A DNA stretch of 64,000 nt from an uncultured delta proteobacterium (GCA_963766715.1 CAVYBH010000017.1:133396-197395); one strand, 5' to 3'. Counted from the stretch's first letter, positions 35,987-47,716 are shown. A program made the numbers and translations. The notes: generated by a model from the sequence alone, not told the origin.

Positions 35987-36480
35987 GGTGTTCCTGGACG
36001 CTTCAGTGCTCGGCCTCGTCCGGCGACGCGTCGGACGGGCGCGCCCAGGGCGAGCCCGCAGTCGGGGCACTCGGCCGCGGGCCCCGAGGGCGTGAACTTG
36101 TGCCCACAGGCCGGGCACTCGATCTCGCCGCCGGCGTCGAGGTCGACGCCCTTCAGCCCGCGATCGGCCGCCTCGCGCGCGCCGGCCTCGCCGAGGAGGT
36201 GCGCCCAGTCGGACTGGAGCGCCGCCGCGGCGGCCGGAACCTCGGCCTCGGGAACGTACAGGTTCCACAGCGGGCGCTGCTTCTCCTCGGGCCGCCGGCC
36301 GGGGACCTGCTCCATCCCCGGGGAGAGCCCTTGCGCCTCCAGGACCTCCATCATCTCCTTCACCGAGGCGTAGCCGGACCGCGACATGAGCTTCAGTCCT
36401 TCGGCCTCGGCCGTGCAGGTCACGCAGGTCCCGGCTGGGTCGAGTGGGGTGCTGCACTTGGGGCAGGCGACGACGTCCAT
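35983..36480 (-). CDS. Small multi-CxxC zinc-ribbon protein (may end at 36003 if one base is an error)
   Basis: CPKC..CVTC at N-terminus; CPAC..CPDC at C-terminus. Confidence 0.75.
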   Translation of the reverse strand: MDVVACPKCSTPLDPAGTCVTCTAEAEGLKLMSRSGYASVKEMMEVLEAQGLSPGMEQVPGRRPEEKQRPLWNLYVPEAEVPAAAAALQSDWAHLLGEAGAREAADRGLKGVDLDAGGEIECPACGHKFTPSGPAAECPDCGLALGAPVRRVAGRGRALKRPGTP

Positions 36481-36547
36481 GGGGTCCTTCCCGCGCGTCC
36501 GGAAGGGCGCGCGCTCCGACGCTCTCACGGCTATACTCCGCCGCCTC

Positions 36548-37391
36548 ATGATCATCGACGGAAAACAGGTGGCAGCGAAGGTCCGCGCCGAGGTCGCCGA
36601 CCAGGTGAAGCTCATGTCCCAGCAGGGTCTCATCCCCGGGCTGACGGTGGTGCGGGTGGGCGACGACCCCGCCTCCGCCATCTACGTGCGGGGAAAGCGG
36701 AAGGCCTGCGAGGAAGTGGGGATGCGCTCGGTGGAGCACCACCTCCCCGCCTCGGTGAGCGAGGCCGACCTGCTCGCCCTCATCGCCCGGCTCAACGCCG
36801 ATCCCGAGACCCACGGCATCCTCGTGCAGCTTCCGCTGCCGAAGCACGTCGACGAGGGCAAGGTGCTCGACGCGATCTCGCCGGCCAAGGACGCCGACGG
36901 ATTCCACCCGCTCAACGTGGGCGCGCTCTGGCTGGGCAAGCCGGCTCCCCGCCCCTGCACCCCGGCCGGCGTCATGCGGCTGCTCGACGAGGCGGGAGTC
37001 GACCCGAAGGGCAAGCGGGCCCTCGTCATCGGCCGCTCCCACATCGTGGGCAAGCCCATGGCGGCCATGCTCCTCGACCGGCACGCCACGGTGACCGTGG
37101 CCCACTCCCGGACCGCAGGACCTGGCCGCCGAGGTGGCCCGCGCCGACATCCTCGTCGCCGCCATCGGGAAGGCCGAGATGGTGAAGGGGGCCTGGGTCA
37201 AGCCGGGCGCCGTCGTCATCGACGTCGGGATGAACCGCAAGGCCGACGGGAAGCTCTGCGGCGACGTGGAGTACGGCGAGGCCGAGAAGCGGGCCTCGGC
37301 CATCACGCCCGTCCCCGGCGGCGTCGGCCCCATGACCATCGCCATGCTGCTCGTGAACACCCTCGACCTGGCCCGGGGAACCCGGCGGTGA
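36548..37391 (+). CDS. folD: Methylene-THF dehydrogenase/cyclohydrolase (frameshift ~37115)
   Basis: [38 protein letters not shown]. Confidence 0.95.
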
Positions 37392-38486
37392 AGGGAGCGA
37401 TCGTCGCCGCGGCGCTCCTCGCCGCAGCACTGCTCGCAGCGAAAGAGCCCCGACTTCGTCCTGCGGCCCGTGGCGCCAGGACCGGCGGCGGCGGCCTTCC
37501 CGGTCGCGGCCCGCGTGCTCCACTTCGCCGACTTCGGCGACGACACCCCGCAGCAGGCGGTGGTCGCCGCCGGCATGGCGGCCCTCTCGAGCCGCGAACC
37601 GGTCGACCTGCTCCTCTCCCCGGGCGACAACGTCTACGAGTGCGGGCCCGACCCGCTCCTCCCCGGCGCGGCCGCCTGCGAGTTCGGCCCCGACCAGAAC
37701 ACGGTGCCGCCCGGCTACGCCCCTCCGGCCGACGGGAGCTTCGCGCGGCTCTTCGAGCGGCCGCTCGCCGGGGTCCTCCGGGACGGAAAGCCCGTCCCCG
37801 TGCTGCTCACGCTCGGCAACCACGACGTGGCGGCGGTGGGCTCCTGCGCCGGCGGCGCCGAGGACGCCCGGGTCGTGGCCCGTCGGCGCGCCTGCCTCGA
37901 GGTGGCCCACCGCTCGCCCACCTGGTCGATGCCGGGGCGCCACTGGGTCCACGACCAGGGTCCTGCGCGCTTCATCGGAATCGACTCCAACCTGCTCCGG
38001 CGGGACTACGGCGGCTTCTCCATCGACGACGAGGTGGCCTTCGTGGCCGAGGCCGCCCGCCCCTGCGGGGAGAAGCTCTGCTTCGTCGTGGCCCACCACC
38101 CGAGCTTCTCCGCGGGCGAGCACCGGGCCGACGCCACCCCCGGATACCTGGACCGCGTGAAGCGAATCGAGGCGGCGGCCGGCCCCATCGCCGGCTGGCT
38201 CTCCGGGCACGAGCACCAGCTCGAGCACCTCCGGGCGCCGGCCGGGTACGACGTCCTCGTCTCCGGCAACACCTCGCGCGGCCGGCCCGAGGAGCGCTTC
38301 AAGGAGGTCTCGGCGCCCGGCGCGCGGCTCCTCTTCGCCTCCACGCGCTGGGGCTTCGGCGTGCTGGAGGTCGGCGACGCCGGCAACTGGTCCTACCGGT
38401 TCGTCGACGAGGCCGGACACCCGATCCAGTGCTGTGCGGCCTTCGCACGGGGCCGCTGCGAGCCCGTCACCTGCCCCTCTCGATGA
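37388..38486 (+). CDS. Secreted calcineurin-like metallophosphoesterase (frameshift after signal peptide)
   Basis: DFG, GDNVY, GNHD, HHP, GHEH. Confidence 0.85.
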
Positions 38487-38490
38487 TGCC

Positions 38491-38518
38491 TTGACCCTCG
38501 GGGGGCGGCCGCTAGAAT
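38491..38518 (+). promoter_or_regulatory. Sigma70 promoter of gcv operon
   Basis: TTGACC-N16-TAGAAT. Confidence 0.55.
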
Positions 38519-38549
38519 CGCGACGCCCCCCACAACCCTGGCGGTCTCG

Positions 38550-39632
38550 ATGGCGAAGCGAACCCCGCTGCACGACGTTCACGTAAAGTCCGGCGCCCGG
38601 ATGGTGGATTTCGCCGGCTGGGACATGCCGGTCCAGTACACCGGCCTCCTCGACGAGCACGAGGCGGTGCGGACCCGCGCCGGCCTCTTCGACGTCTCGC
38701 ACATGGGCGAGGTGGTCTTCCGCGGCCCCCAGGCGCTCGCCGCCCTGAACCGGGTCTTCACGAACGACCTCACCAAGGTCGCCGACGGCCAGGCCCAGTA
38801 CGGCTGTCTCTGCCGCGAGAACGGCGGCATCGTGGACGACGTGGTGGTCTACCGTCGCTCGGCCGAGGACCTGCTCGTCTGCGTGAACGCCGGCAACCGC
38901 GACAAGGACTTCGAGTGGCTGCGCGACCACGCCGGCGGCGCCCAGGTCACGAACGAGTCGGACGACTGGGCGCAGATCGCGATCCAGGGACCGCGGGCCC
39001 AGGCCATCCTCCAGCCGCTCACGGCGGTCGACCTCTCCCGGCTGAAGACCTTCTGGTTCACGGAGGGCTCGGTGGCGGGCGCGAAGTGCATCGTCGCCCG
39101 GACCGGCTACACCGGCGAGGACGGGTTCGAGCTCTTCTGCCGCCCCGCCGACGCGGCGGCGCTCTGGAAGGCCCTGCTCGAGGCCGGGAAGCCGGAGGGG
39201 CTCGTGCCCGCCGGACTGGGCGCCCGCGACACCCTCCGCCTGGAGGTCGCCTACCGGCTCTACGGCAGCGACATGGACGACTCCACCACGCCGCTCGAGG
39301 CGGGGCTGGGCTGGGTGGTCAAGTTCGACAAGGGCGACTTCATCGGCCGCGCCGCCATGCTGCGGCAGAAGGAGGGCGGGCTCCCGCGGAAGCTGGTCGG
39401 CTTCGTCCTCACCGACCCCGGCATCGCCCGCCACGGCTTCGACGTGCTTCACGACGGCAAGAAGGTGGGCACGGTGACGAGCGGGACGAGGTCCCCCACC
39501 CTGAAGACCTCCATCGGCCTCGCGTACGTGCCACCGCCCCTCGCCGCCGAGGGCTCCACCTTCGCCGTGGACATCCGCGGCCGCCCCGCCTCCGCCCAGG
39601 TAGTGAAGACGCCGTTCTACACGAGGAAATGA
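38550..39632 (+). CDS. gcvT: Glycine cleavage T protein
   Basis: [29 protein letters not shown]. Confidence 0.97.
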   Translation: MAKRTPLHDVHVKSGARMVDFAGWDMPVQYTGLLDEHEAVRTRAGLFDVSHMGEVVFRGPQALAALNRVFTNDLTKVADGQAQYGCLCRENGGIVDDVVVYRRSAEDLLVCVNAGNRDKDFEWLRDHAGGAQVTNESDDWAQIAIQGPRAQAILQPLTAVDLSRLKTFWFTEGSVAGAKCIVARTGYTGEDGFELFCRPADAAALWKALLEAGKPEGLVPAGLGARDTLRLEVAYRLYGSDMDDSTTPLEAGLGWVVKFDKGDFIGRAAMLRQKEGGLPRKLVGFVLTDPGIARHGFDVLHDGKKVGTVTSGTRSPTLKTSIGLAYVPPPLAAEGSTFAVDIRGRPASAQVVKTPFYTRK

Positions 39633-39634
39633 CC

Positions 39635-40024
39635 ATGAACTTCCCCGAGGATCTCCAGTACACGCGCGACCACGAGTGGGCCCGCGTCCAGGGCAACCGC
39701 GTCACGGTGGGCATCACCGACTTCGCGCAGGACCAGCTCGGCGACGTCGTGTACGTCGAGTTCCCCGACGTCGGCGACGTCATCAAGAAGGGAGAGGCCT
39801 TCGGCGTGGTCGAGTCGACCAAGGCCGTCTCCGATCTCTTCTCCCCGGTCTCCGGCAAGGTGGTCGAGGTCAACAGCCCGCTCGGCGACGCCCCGGAGAC
39901 GGTGAACGAGGACCCCTACGAGGAGGGGTGGATGATCGTGGTCGAGATCTCCGACCCCAAGGAACTCGCCGAGCTCATGGACGCGCCCACCTACCGGAAG
40001 TTCGTCGAGGAAGAGCAGGAGTAG
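39635..40024 (+). CDS. gcvH: Glycine cleavage H protein
   Basis: HEW, GITDFAQDQLGD, VESTKAVSD. Confidence 0.96.
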   Translation: MNFPEDLQYTRDHEWARVQGNRVTVGITDFAQDQLGDVVYVEFPDVGDVIKKGEAFGVVESTKAVSDLFSPVSGKVVEVNSPLGDAPETVNEDPYEEGWMIVVEISDPKELAELMDAPTYRKFVEEEQE

Positions 40025-40027
40025 ACC

Positions 40028-41365
40028 TTGCGCTACCACCCCCACACCCCCGGGGACGTCCGGCAGATGCTGGACGTCTGCGGGGTGAAGTCCGTCGGCG
40101 ACCTGTTCCGCTCCATCCCGGAGAAGCTCCGGCTGGGTCGCCTCCTCGACGTGCCGGCCGCCACCGACGAGGTCTCGCTGCTCGCCGAGTTCCAGGCCCT
40201 GGCCGCCCGGAACCGGACCGAGCACCCGCCCTTCGTCGGCGCGGGCGCCTACGCCCACCACGTGCCTCCTGCCGTGGACCAGCTGCTCCTGCGCGGCGAG
40301 TTCTTCACGGCCTACACGCCCTACCAGCCGGAGATCGCCCAGGGGACCCTCCAGGCGCTGTTCGAGTGGCAGACCTTCGTGACGCTCCTCACCGGCCTGG
40401 AGATCGCCAACGCCTCCATGTACGACGGGGCCACGGCCACGGCGGAGGCGGTCCTGCTCGCCACCCGCGCCACGTCGCGCGACAAGGTCGTGGTCAGCGC
40501 CGCGCTCCACCCCGAGTACAGGAAGGTCCTGGCGACCTACCTGGCCTCCACGGGCGACGAGATTGTCACCATCCCCTACGGACCCGACGGCCGGACCGAC
40601 CTGGCGGCCCTCGAGGCGGCGGTCGACGATCGGACCGCGGCGGTGGTGGTGGGCTACCCCAACTTCTTCGGCGTGGTCGACTCTCTCCCCGAGGCGGCCG
40701 CCATCGCCCGCCGCGGCGGGGCACTCGCCATCTCCTCCACCGCCGAGGCGGTGGCCCTGGGACTCCTCCAGGCGCCGGGCGCGCTCGGCGCCGACGTCGC
40801 GGTCGGCACGATGCAGAGCTTCGGCAACGGCGTGAGCTTCGGCGGCCCGGCCCCCGGGTTCCTGGCCATCCGCGAGGGCCTGCTGCGCCAGATGCCCGGG
40901 CGCGTGGCCGGCGCCACCGTCGACCGCGAAGGGCGGCGAGGCTTCGTCCTCACCCTCTCCACCCGCGAGCAGCACATCCGGCGCGACAAGGCCACGTCGA
41001 ACATCTGCACCAACGCCGGCCTGGCCGCGCTCGCCGCCACCATCCACCTCTCCCTGCTCGGCAAGAACGGCCTCGCCCACCTGGCGCGGCTCAACTTCGC
41101 GCGCGGCAAGCAGCTTCGCGACGCCATGAAGCGGGCCGGCTTCGGGCTCCGCTTCACCGGCCCGACCTTCAACGAGGCAGCCTTCGAGGTGGGCGACGCG
41201 GAGGCGGTCGTGGAGCGGCTGGCTTCCCGCGGCATCGCCGCCGGCGTTCCGCTCTCCCGCTGGTACCCCGACGACCCGAGAATGAAGGGCGCGCTGCTCA
41301 GCGTGGCCACCGAGGTCCACACCCCCGAGCTCATCGAGCTCTTCGCCCAGACGGTGAGGGGATAG
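40028..41365 (+). CDS. gcvPA: Glycine dehydrogenase subunit 1
   Basis: [37 protein letters not shown]. Confidence 0.96.
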   Translation: MRYHPHTPGDVRQMLDVCGVKSVGDLFRSIPEKLRLGRLLDVPAATDEVSLLAEFQALAARNRTEHPPFVGAGAYAHHVPPAVDQLLLRGEFFTAYTPYQPEIAQGTLQALFEWQTFVTLLTGLEIANASMYDGATATAEAVLLATRATSRDKVVVSAALHPEYRKVLATYLASTGDEIVTIPYGPDGRTDLAALEAAVDDRTAAVVVGYPNFFGVVDSLPEAAAIARRGGALAISSTAEAVALGLLQAPGALGADVAVGTMQSFGNGVSFGGPAPGFLAIREGLLRQMPGRVAGATVDREGRRGFVLTLSTREQHIRRDKATSNICTNAGLAALAATIHLSLLGKNGLAHLARLNFARGKQLRDAMKRAGFGLRFTGPTFNEAAFEVGDAEAVVERLASRGIAAGVPLSRWYPDDPRMKGALLSVATEVHTPELIELFAQTVRG

Positions 41366-41367
41366 CC

Positions 41368-42935
41368 ATGGCCAATCCGACCGGCTGGAAGCCGAGCATG
41401 GAGAAGGGCGCCGAGGGCGCCGCGGCCCAGGAGCAGGGCGCCATGGGCGCCACCCGCGGGCTGCAGATGGAGGAGGCGCTGGTCTTCGAGCAGGGCTCGC
41501 CCGGGCGCATCGGCGTCTCCTTGCCCGCCGTGCCGGCCGGGACCGACCCTGCCGCCGAGATCCCGGCGGCGCTGCTTCGCCCGGAGATCCCCGGCATGCC
41601 GGAGATGGCCGAGCTCGAGGTGGTCCGCCACTTCACCCGGCTCTCCCAGTGGAACTGGGGGATCGACACCGGGTTCTATCCCCTCGGCTCCTGCACGATG
41701 AAGTACAACCCGAAGTCGAGCGAGGCGCTGGCGCGCCTGCCCGGCTTCGCCGGCGCCCACCCGCTCCTTCCGTCGTCCATGAGCCAGGGAGCGCTCGAGC
41801 TGATCTTCAAGCTCGAACGCGCCCTCTCCGAGATTGCCGGCTTCCCCTCCACCGTCATGTCGCCCGCCGCCGGCGCCCAGGGCGAGCTGGCCGGGCTCAT
41901 GATGATCCGGGCCTACCACGTCGCGCGCGGCAACCCGCGCCGCAAGGTCCTCATCCCCGACACGGCCCACGGCACCAACCCCGCCTCGGCTGCCCTGAAC
42001 GGCTACTCGACGGTCCAGCTGGAGAGCGGTCCCGACGGCCGGCTGCACCCGGAGACCGTGGCGAAGGCCATGGACGACGACGTCGCCGCCATCATGATCA
42101 CGAACCCCAACACGCTGGGGATCTTCGAGAGCCACATCGCGGAGATCGCGGCCATCGTCCACGCCCGCGGCGGGCTGGTCTACGGGGACGGCGCGAACTT
42201 CAACGCCGTGCTGGGCGTGGCCCGCCCCGGCGACATGGGCTTCGACGTCATGCAGTACAACCTGCACAAGACCTTCGCCACGCCCGCACGGCGGCGGCGG
42301 CCCCGGTTCCGGGCCGGTCGGCGTCGGCGAGGCGCTCGTGCCCTTCATGCCCCTTCCCGTGGTCGTGAAGGAAGGCTCCGTCTACCGCCTGGTCACCGAC
42401 CCGGCCGAGCGGCCGAGCACCATCGGCAAGCTCCGCGAGTTCTGGGGCAACATGGGCATGTTCGTCCGCGCCTGGGCGCTCATCCGCGAGCTCGGGCCGG
42501 AGGGGCTGCGCCGCGTCGCCGAGCTGGCGGTGCTGAACGCCAACTACGTCCGCGCCGAGCTCTCCAGGGACTTCAACCTGCCCTACGAGACCGAGACCCT
42601 CCACGAGGTGGTCTTCGACGACAAGCTCCAGAAGGACTCGGGCGTCTCCACCATGGACGTGGCCAAGCGGCTCATCGACCACGGGTCCCACCCTCCCACC
42701 GTGTACTTCCCGCTGGTGGTGCACGGGGCGCTCATGATCGAGCCGACCGAGACCGAGTCGAAGGAGACGCTCGACCAGTTCATCGCCGCGATGCGCTCCA
42801 TCGCCGCAGAGGCGAAGGCGCGACCCCGAGGCCCTGAAGAGCGCGCCCACGAAGCCCATCCGCGCGCGGCTCGACGAGACCCGGGCCGCACGGAAGCCCG
42901 TCCTCCGCTGGACGCCCGGGATGAAGGTCGAATAG
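41368..42935 (+). CDS. gcvPB: Glycine dehydrogenase subunit 2 (frameshifts ~42285, ~42825)
   Basis: LGSCTMKYNP, AHGTNPASA, NLHKTF, IEPTETE. Confidence 0.94.
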
Positions 42936-43077
42936 CTCGCACTTCGGGGCGGCCGGGTTGGAACTGCAACCCCCCGGATCGCAAGTGGATTGTCGCGCCC
43001 GATCCCGGCGAAAGTCGTGGACGGCTCGCTTTCCCTTGTGGCAGGCTGTGCCGGAACTCACCTCAGGGAGACTCCGG

Positions 43078-43725
43078 ATGAACAGGCTTCTCGGCGCCCT
43101 CGCTGTCCTCGCCGCTCTCGCGGCCGCACCCGCCGCCCAGGCCCAGATCGCCCTCGATTTGAAGGTCGGCTACGCGCTGCCCACCGGCAACGTCGCCTCG
43201 GCGACCACGGTGACGAGCGACCCCTCCGGCAAGCTGTCGAACTGGGTGTCCAGCGCCGTGCCGATTGAGATCGCGGGGCGCTACCGGTTCACGCCGAAGT
43301 TCTCCGCCGGCATCTACTTCCAGTACGACCCCGCGTTCGTCTCCGCCTTCTCCTGCCTGGAGAGCTTCTCCTGCTCGGCGTCCAACGTCCGGGTCGGCGC
43401 CGAGGCGGTCTACGCGTTCCTTCCCGACTCGACCTTCAATCCCTGGGTGAGCGTCGGCACCGGATGGGAATGGCTCAACCGCAAGGTCACCACGCCGACG
43501 ACCAGCGCCAAGGACGGCCTGAGCGGCTGGGAGTGGTTCAACGTCCAGGCCGGCGCCGACTGGAACGTGACGAAGACGTTCGCCTTCGGCCCGTGGCTCG
43601 GATTCTTCGGCGGCCAGTACTCCACCGCCACCACGACCGACGGGCGGACCCTCACCATCGCCTCGTCCAACCGCCAGTTCCACGGATGGTGGCAGTTCGG
43701 CCTGAAGGGCACCGTCAACCTGTAG
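43078..43725 (+). CDS. Small outer-membrane beta-barrel protein
   Basis: Signal peptide, alternating aromatic strands, end WWQFGLKGTVNL. Confidence 0.75.
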   Translation: MNRLLGALAVLAALAAAPAAQAQIALDLKVGYALPTGNVASATTVTSDPSGKLSNWVSSAVPIEIAGRYRFTPKFSAGIYFQYDPAFVSAFSCLESFSCSASNVRVGAEAVYAFLPDSTFNPWVSVGTGWEWLNRKVTTPTTSAKDGLSGWEWFNVQAGADWNVTKTFAFGPWLGFFGGQYSTATTTDGRTLTIASSNRQFHGWWQFGLKGTVNL

Positions 43726-43780
43726 CGAGGGGAGCCGCCGGTCGCCCGGCGGTGGCCCCGGCGCGGCGGGCGAGACCGGG

Positions 43781-45049
43781 CTACTGCCCGGGGCCCTTGA
43801 AGAACCGGAACCCGCCGCCGCCGGTGGACACGTGGAACCCGAAGGTGAAGCGGATGTCCCCGTGGGCGTCGGCGAGGCCGTTCGGCGGGTTCACGAAGGG
43901 CTGGGCCTTCTCGAACGCGTCGATCGCCGTCTGGTCGAGGAAGTCGAGACCGCTCGACCGGGCCACCTTGATCTCGGTGACGCCGCCCTGCGGGTTGAGC
44001 GTGATCGCCAGGACCGTGGTCCGGTCCTTCTGGAAGTACCGGGACCCGGTGGGATCGCGCACGCTGGCCGCGCCCATGGGGTTCCAGTTCTCGGCCACGG
44101 TCTGCTTCACCCGGTTGAAGAACCCGGCGTACTTCCACTCCCGCGTGTTGAGGAAGGTGGAGTCGCCCACGTCGACGCCCTCGACGTGGTCGGGCGCGGG
44201 GGCGGCGGTGAGCTTGTCGTAGAAGGCCGAGGACGGGCTGAGGATGGGCTTCCCGCCCGAGGCGCCCGGTCGCGCCGCACCCTCGCCTCCCTCGCCCCCC
44301 TCGCCCAGCTCCTCGAGCGGGGTCTTCTTCTTGTCCGAACCCGGCTCCTGGGGGCGCTCCTTGGAGTCGATGCGGCCGTCCGGGGAGACGGCCATCGCCA
44401 GCTTGTCCGGCGACGGCTTGGGAGAGGTGTCGGCGAGCTTGCCGCGCGAGCCGGCCTTGCGCGTGTCGCCGCCTGCCGTGCCGGGCGGGCTGTCCTTCGA
44501 GGCCTGCTCGCCGCGCGGACCGGGCGCCTGCTCCTTGACCTGGTTCTGCGTCGGCATCGGAGCCGCCTTCTCGTAGTCGAGCTTGCGGAACCGGGAGACC
44601 GACTCCTTCTCCACCGTGTTGTTGCTCTCGGCGAGGAAGCGGGTGTCCTTGGGCGGCTGCGCGTTCTTCGACGGCGCCACGTCCACCACCTGGCCGGGCA
44701 ACCGCTGCGGAGACGCGGCTTCGGCCTGCTGGGCGGGCGTGGGTGGAGGGGCCTGCTGCGCCTGCGCCGGCTGCCGGGGCGCGGGCTGCCGCGGAGGGGC
44801 GGCGGGCGGCGGCGGCTTGCTCCCGTCGGTGATCTGACGATTGGCCGCCCAGCTGTCCTTCGACAGGGGCGCCATCGCGACCGAGCGGGGCCCCTGGGCA
44901 GGCAGGGCCTTCAGCTTGGTCCAGTCGATCTCGACCAGCCAGAGGACGAGCGAGTTCAACGCCAGGGACAGGACGATGCCGGCGAGGAGCCGCCATCCGG
45001 TCCAGGACCTGGGGCGCCGGCGGCGCAGGCTGGGGCCGAGGTGATTCAT
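43781..45049 (-). CDS. TonB-family energy transducer
   Basis: N-terminal TM with SLALN, Pro-rich linker, SSGLDFLDQTAIDAF..AQPF. Confidence 0.85.
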   Translation of the reverse strand: MNHLGPSLRRRRPRSWTGWRLLAGIVLSLALNSLVLWLVEIDWTKLKALPAQGPRSVAMAPLSKDSWAANRQITDGSKPPPPAAPPRQPAPRQPAQAQQAPPPTPAQQAEAASPQRLPGQVVDVAPSKNAQPPKDTRFLAESNNTVEKESVSRFRKLDYEKAAPMPTQNQVKEQAPGPRGEQASKDSPPGTAGGDTRKAGSRGKLADTSPKPSPDKLAMAVSPDGRIDSKERPQEPGSDKKKTPLEELGEGGEGGEGAARPGASGGKPILSPSSAFYDKLTAAPAPDHVEGVDVGDSTFLNTREWKYAGFFNRVKQTVAENWNPMGAASVRDPTGSRYFQKDRTTVLAITLNPQGGVTEIKVARSSGLDFLDQTAIDAFEKAQPFVNPPNGLADAHGDIRFTFGFHVSTGGGGFRFFKGPGQ

Positions 45050-45160
45050 CTCCGGAAGGCCGATCTATATAACAGACGATTGGGGGGTCGGGCTCCAGGG
45101 ATGCACCGGAAATCTCGCATGTTGACCCCTCGCCGGCCCGGGGCTAAGTAGCGCCCGTCC

Positions 45161-47182
45161 TTGCCTTCCGGCCCGTCCCATCCCGCAACCCCGACCTCCG
45201 CGCCCCGCGGCGGACGGCGCAGGCGCCTCGTCCTCGGAAGCGCGGCCGGGGTCGCCTTGCTGGTGGCTGGATGGGCCGGCGCCTTCGCCTGGGGCAACGG
45301 GCAGGCCGGGCGCGCCTTCCTGAAGGCCCGGGCCGAGGCTGCGCTCCGCGGCCGCTTCGGATCGGTGGAGGTGGGGGACGCGGGCATCGATCCCTTCCTG
45401 CGGGCGAGGCTCGGGCCGGTGACGATCCCGGGAACGCGCCCCGGGGCGCCGCCGCTCCTTCGCGCGGAGTCGGTCGTGGTCCGACCCCGTCTCCTTTCCC
45501 TCCTCGCCGGCCGCGTCGAGCTGGCCTCGGTGACCCTGCGCTCGGTCCACGTCGCGCCGGGTCCCGGCGGCGAGGACCTCCGGCGGGCGCTCGAGCGGCG
45601 AGCGGCAGGGCCTGCCCGGACCAGCGCGAGCCCCGCCGCTCCCCTTCCCGCCCTCCACCTGCGGGGGCTCTTCCTCGACCTGGCGCGCGCCGGGGGCCAG
45701 CCGCAGGAGGAGATTGGCCCGCTCGACCTGGACGTCGACGTGGGGCGCGGTCCGGACGGATGGGCCGGGACCGTGCACCTCGGCCTGCCCGGCGGAGGCC
45801 ACCTGGACCTCGAGCTCACGCCGGGCGCGGAGGGCACCGGGGTGCGGGCCGAGGGCAGCGTGATCCTGCCGGCCGACCTGCCGGACGGCCTCGCCGGCCG
45901 GCTGCCCGCCTCGCTCGTGTCGGGCACGTTCCGGCTGAAGGCCACCGGCAGCTACCGGGACGGGGGACGGGAAGCCACGCTCTCGGCGGAGGCCCGGACG
46001 CGCGACCTGTCGCTCTCCGGGCCCCGGGTCGGGCCCATCCCGATCGGGCCGATCACGGCCGGCGCCTCCGGACGGGTGTCCTGGAGCGGCGCCGATCGCC
46101 GCCTCGTCCTCGACGACGGCCGCATCACCCTGGGTGAATCGGGAGAGGTGGGCGTGAAGCTCTCCGGCGAGGCCTCGCTGCGCGGGGATCCGCGCTTCGC
46201 CGTGGCCGCCCACGCAGATGCCGTCCCCTGGCAGGCGCTCGTCGCATCCTTGCCGCCCGAGCTCGGGCCCCCTCCCTCGGCGCCGCCCCTTTCCGGCGGC
46301 CTGTCGGCTCGCGCCACGGTCTCCGGCCCGCTCGCCCGGCGCGGCGAGTGGGAGGTCCAGGTCGACCTCGACATCGAGGACCTCCGCCGCGCGTCTCGCG
46401 CCGCCGGCCCCACCTGGCTCTCGTCCGGCTTCGAGTGGAAGCCCATCGACGCGGGGCCGGGCGAGCCTCCGCGCCGCATCGCCGTCGGACCCGGCAACCC
46501 GGCCTTCGTGCCCTACGCCGAGATCCCGCAGACGCTGGTGCGCGCCGTCACCGCCAGCGAGGATGCCGGGTTCTTCGGCCACCGGGGGTTCGACTTCCGG
46601 GAGATCGTGAGCGCCGTGGCCGAGCGCGGCCGCGTGCGCGGCGCCTCCACGATCTCGCAGCAGCTCGCGAAGAACCTCTTCCTCTCCCCGGAGCGGACGC
46701 TGGCGCGAAAGGTCCGCGAAGCGCTCGCGACCATCGCGCTGGAGGCCTCCGTGCCGAAGGCCCGCTTGCTCGAGATCTACCTGAACATCGCCGAATGGGG
46801 CCCCGGCGTGTACGGCGTGGGCGAGGCGGCCAGGTACTGGTTCGGCAAGGACGCGCGGCTGCTCACGCCCCGGGAGTCCGCCTTCCTGGCCACCGTGATC
46901 CCGAGTCCGCGCCGCTTCGCCGCGCGCCTCCACCGTTCGGGGATCACGCCCTGGTGGAACGCCCGGATCGACGACGTGCTCGGGAAGATGCGCACCCAGA
47001 ACCAGCTCTCCGACGACCAGTACGCCGCGGCTCTCGCCGAGTCGCTCAGGCCGCTGGCGTCGGACCACGCACCGGTCCCCGACGAGGGAGGCGCCGCGGA
47101 GGCCGGCGAGCCCGTGCAAGACGAGGAGCAGCCTGCCCCTGACCGTCCTGGCGACCCCTCATCCCCCACGCGGCACCGATGA
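45161..47182 (+). CDS. GT51 peptidoglycan transglycosylase with long N-terminal region
   Basis: SEDAGFFGHRG, GASTISQQLAKNL, RKVRE, LEIYLN; no transpeptidase domain. Confidence 0.88.
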   Translation: MPSGPSHPATPTSAPRGGRRRRLVLGSAAGVALLVAGWAGAFAWGNGQAGRAFLKARAEAALRGRFGSVEVGDAGIDPFLRARLGPVTIPGTRPGAPPLLRAESVVVRPRLLSLLAGRVELASVTLRSVHVAPGPGGEDLRRALERRAAGPARTSASPAAPLPALHLRGLFLDLARAGGQPQEEIGPLDLDVDVGRGPDGWAGTVHLGLPGGGHLDLELTPGAEGTGVRAEGSVILPADLPDGLAGRLPASLVSGTFRLKATGSYRDGGREATLSAEARTRDLSLSGPRVGPIPIGPITAGASGRVSWSGADRRLVLDDGRITLGESGEVGVKLSGEASLRGDPRFAVAAHADAVPWQALVASLPPELGPPPSAPPLSGGLSARATVSGPLARRGEWEVQVDLDIEDLRRASRAAGPTWLSSGFEWKPIDAGPGEPPRRIAVGPGNPAFVPYAEIPQTLVRAVTASEDAGFFGHRGFDFREIVSAVAERGRVRGASTISQQLAKNLFLSPERTLARKVREALATIALEASVPKARLLEIYLNIAEWGPGVYGVGEAARYWFGKDARLLTPRESAFLATVIPSPRRFAARLHRSGITPWWNARIDDVLGKMRTQNQLSDDQYAAALAESLRPLASDHAPVPDEGGAAEAGEPVQDEEQPAPDRPGDPSSPTRHR

Positions 47183-47236
47183 CGAGGCGAATGGCCCCGC
47201 TTCGCTTCAGGCAGGCATGCTGGGGCTGACGCAGTC

Positions 47237-47309
47237 AGGGGAGCCACGGCTCGCGCTGGGCTCCCCTCCTGGCGTCGCGGATGGTTCCGGCCGGACTGCT
47301 CCTGGCCGG
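47237..47309. terminator. GC hairpins between convergent genes
   Basis: AGGGGAGCC/GGCTCCCCT (47237-47267) and CCGGCC/GGCCGG (47287-47309); no U-tract. Confidence 0.3.
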
Positions 47310-47531
47310 CTACTTGTCGCGGTAGGTGATGCGGCCGCGCGTGAGGTCGTACGGGCTGAGTTCCAGCTTCACGCGGTCGCCGGGAATGATGCGGATGTGG
47401 AACTTCTTCATCTTTCCGGATGCATAGGCGAGCACCACGGGGCCGCTGTCGACCTTCACGCGGTACATGCCACCGGCCAGGGCCTCTTCCACCGAGCCCT
47501 GTACCTCGATTCCTGCTTCCTTCTCGCTCAT
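47310..47531 (-). CDS. infA: Translation initiation factor IF-1
   Basis: [34 protein letters not shown]. Confidence 0.96.
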   Translation of the reverse strand: MSEKEAGIEVQGSVEEALAGGMYRVKVDSGPVVLAYASGKMKKFHIRIIPGDRVKLELSPYDLTRGRITYRDK

Positions 47532-47621
47532 CGCTCTCCTGGGTTCGCAACCTTATAGCCGGAATGGACGCGAGCGGCCTCGGAAAACCGAGGCCGCCCG
47601 CCGGCTACCTGCCGTGGACTG

Positions 47622-47666
47622 CTAGCCGCGGCGGACGTTGGCCGCCTGGAGCCCCTTCGGGCCCTG
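47622..47666 (-). pseudogene. Cold-shock protein (CspA family) C-terminal remnant
   Basis: Translates QGPKGLQAANVRRG*; RNP1/RNP2 region absent. Confidence 0.6.
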
Positions 47667-47687
47667 CTGCCCGGATCTCGGGCGCGA

Positions 47688-47716
47688 AATATCCACAAAC
47701 CCCGGCGGGCCGTCAA
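47688..47716 (-). promoter_or_regulatory. Sigma70 promoter upstream of csp remnant/infA
   Basis: TTGACG-N17-GATATT with TGn extension. Confidence 0.55.

Noticed and set aside
38487..38549. Glycine riboswitch before gcvT
   Set aside because: The promoter leaves only ~25 nt of leader, and no aptamer motif is visible.
42936..43077. Possible tRNA/ncRNA after gcvPB
   Set aside because: No cloverleaf, T-loop or convincing stems.
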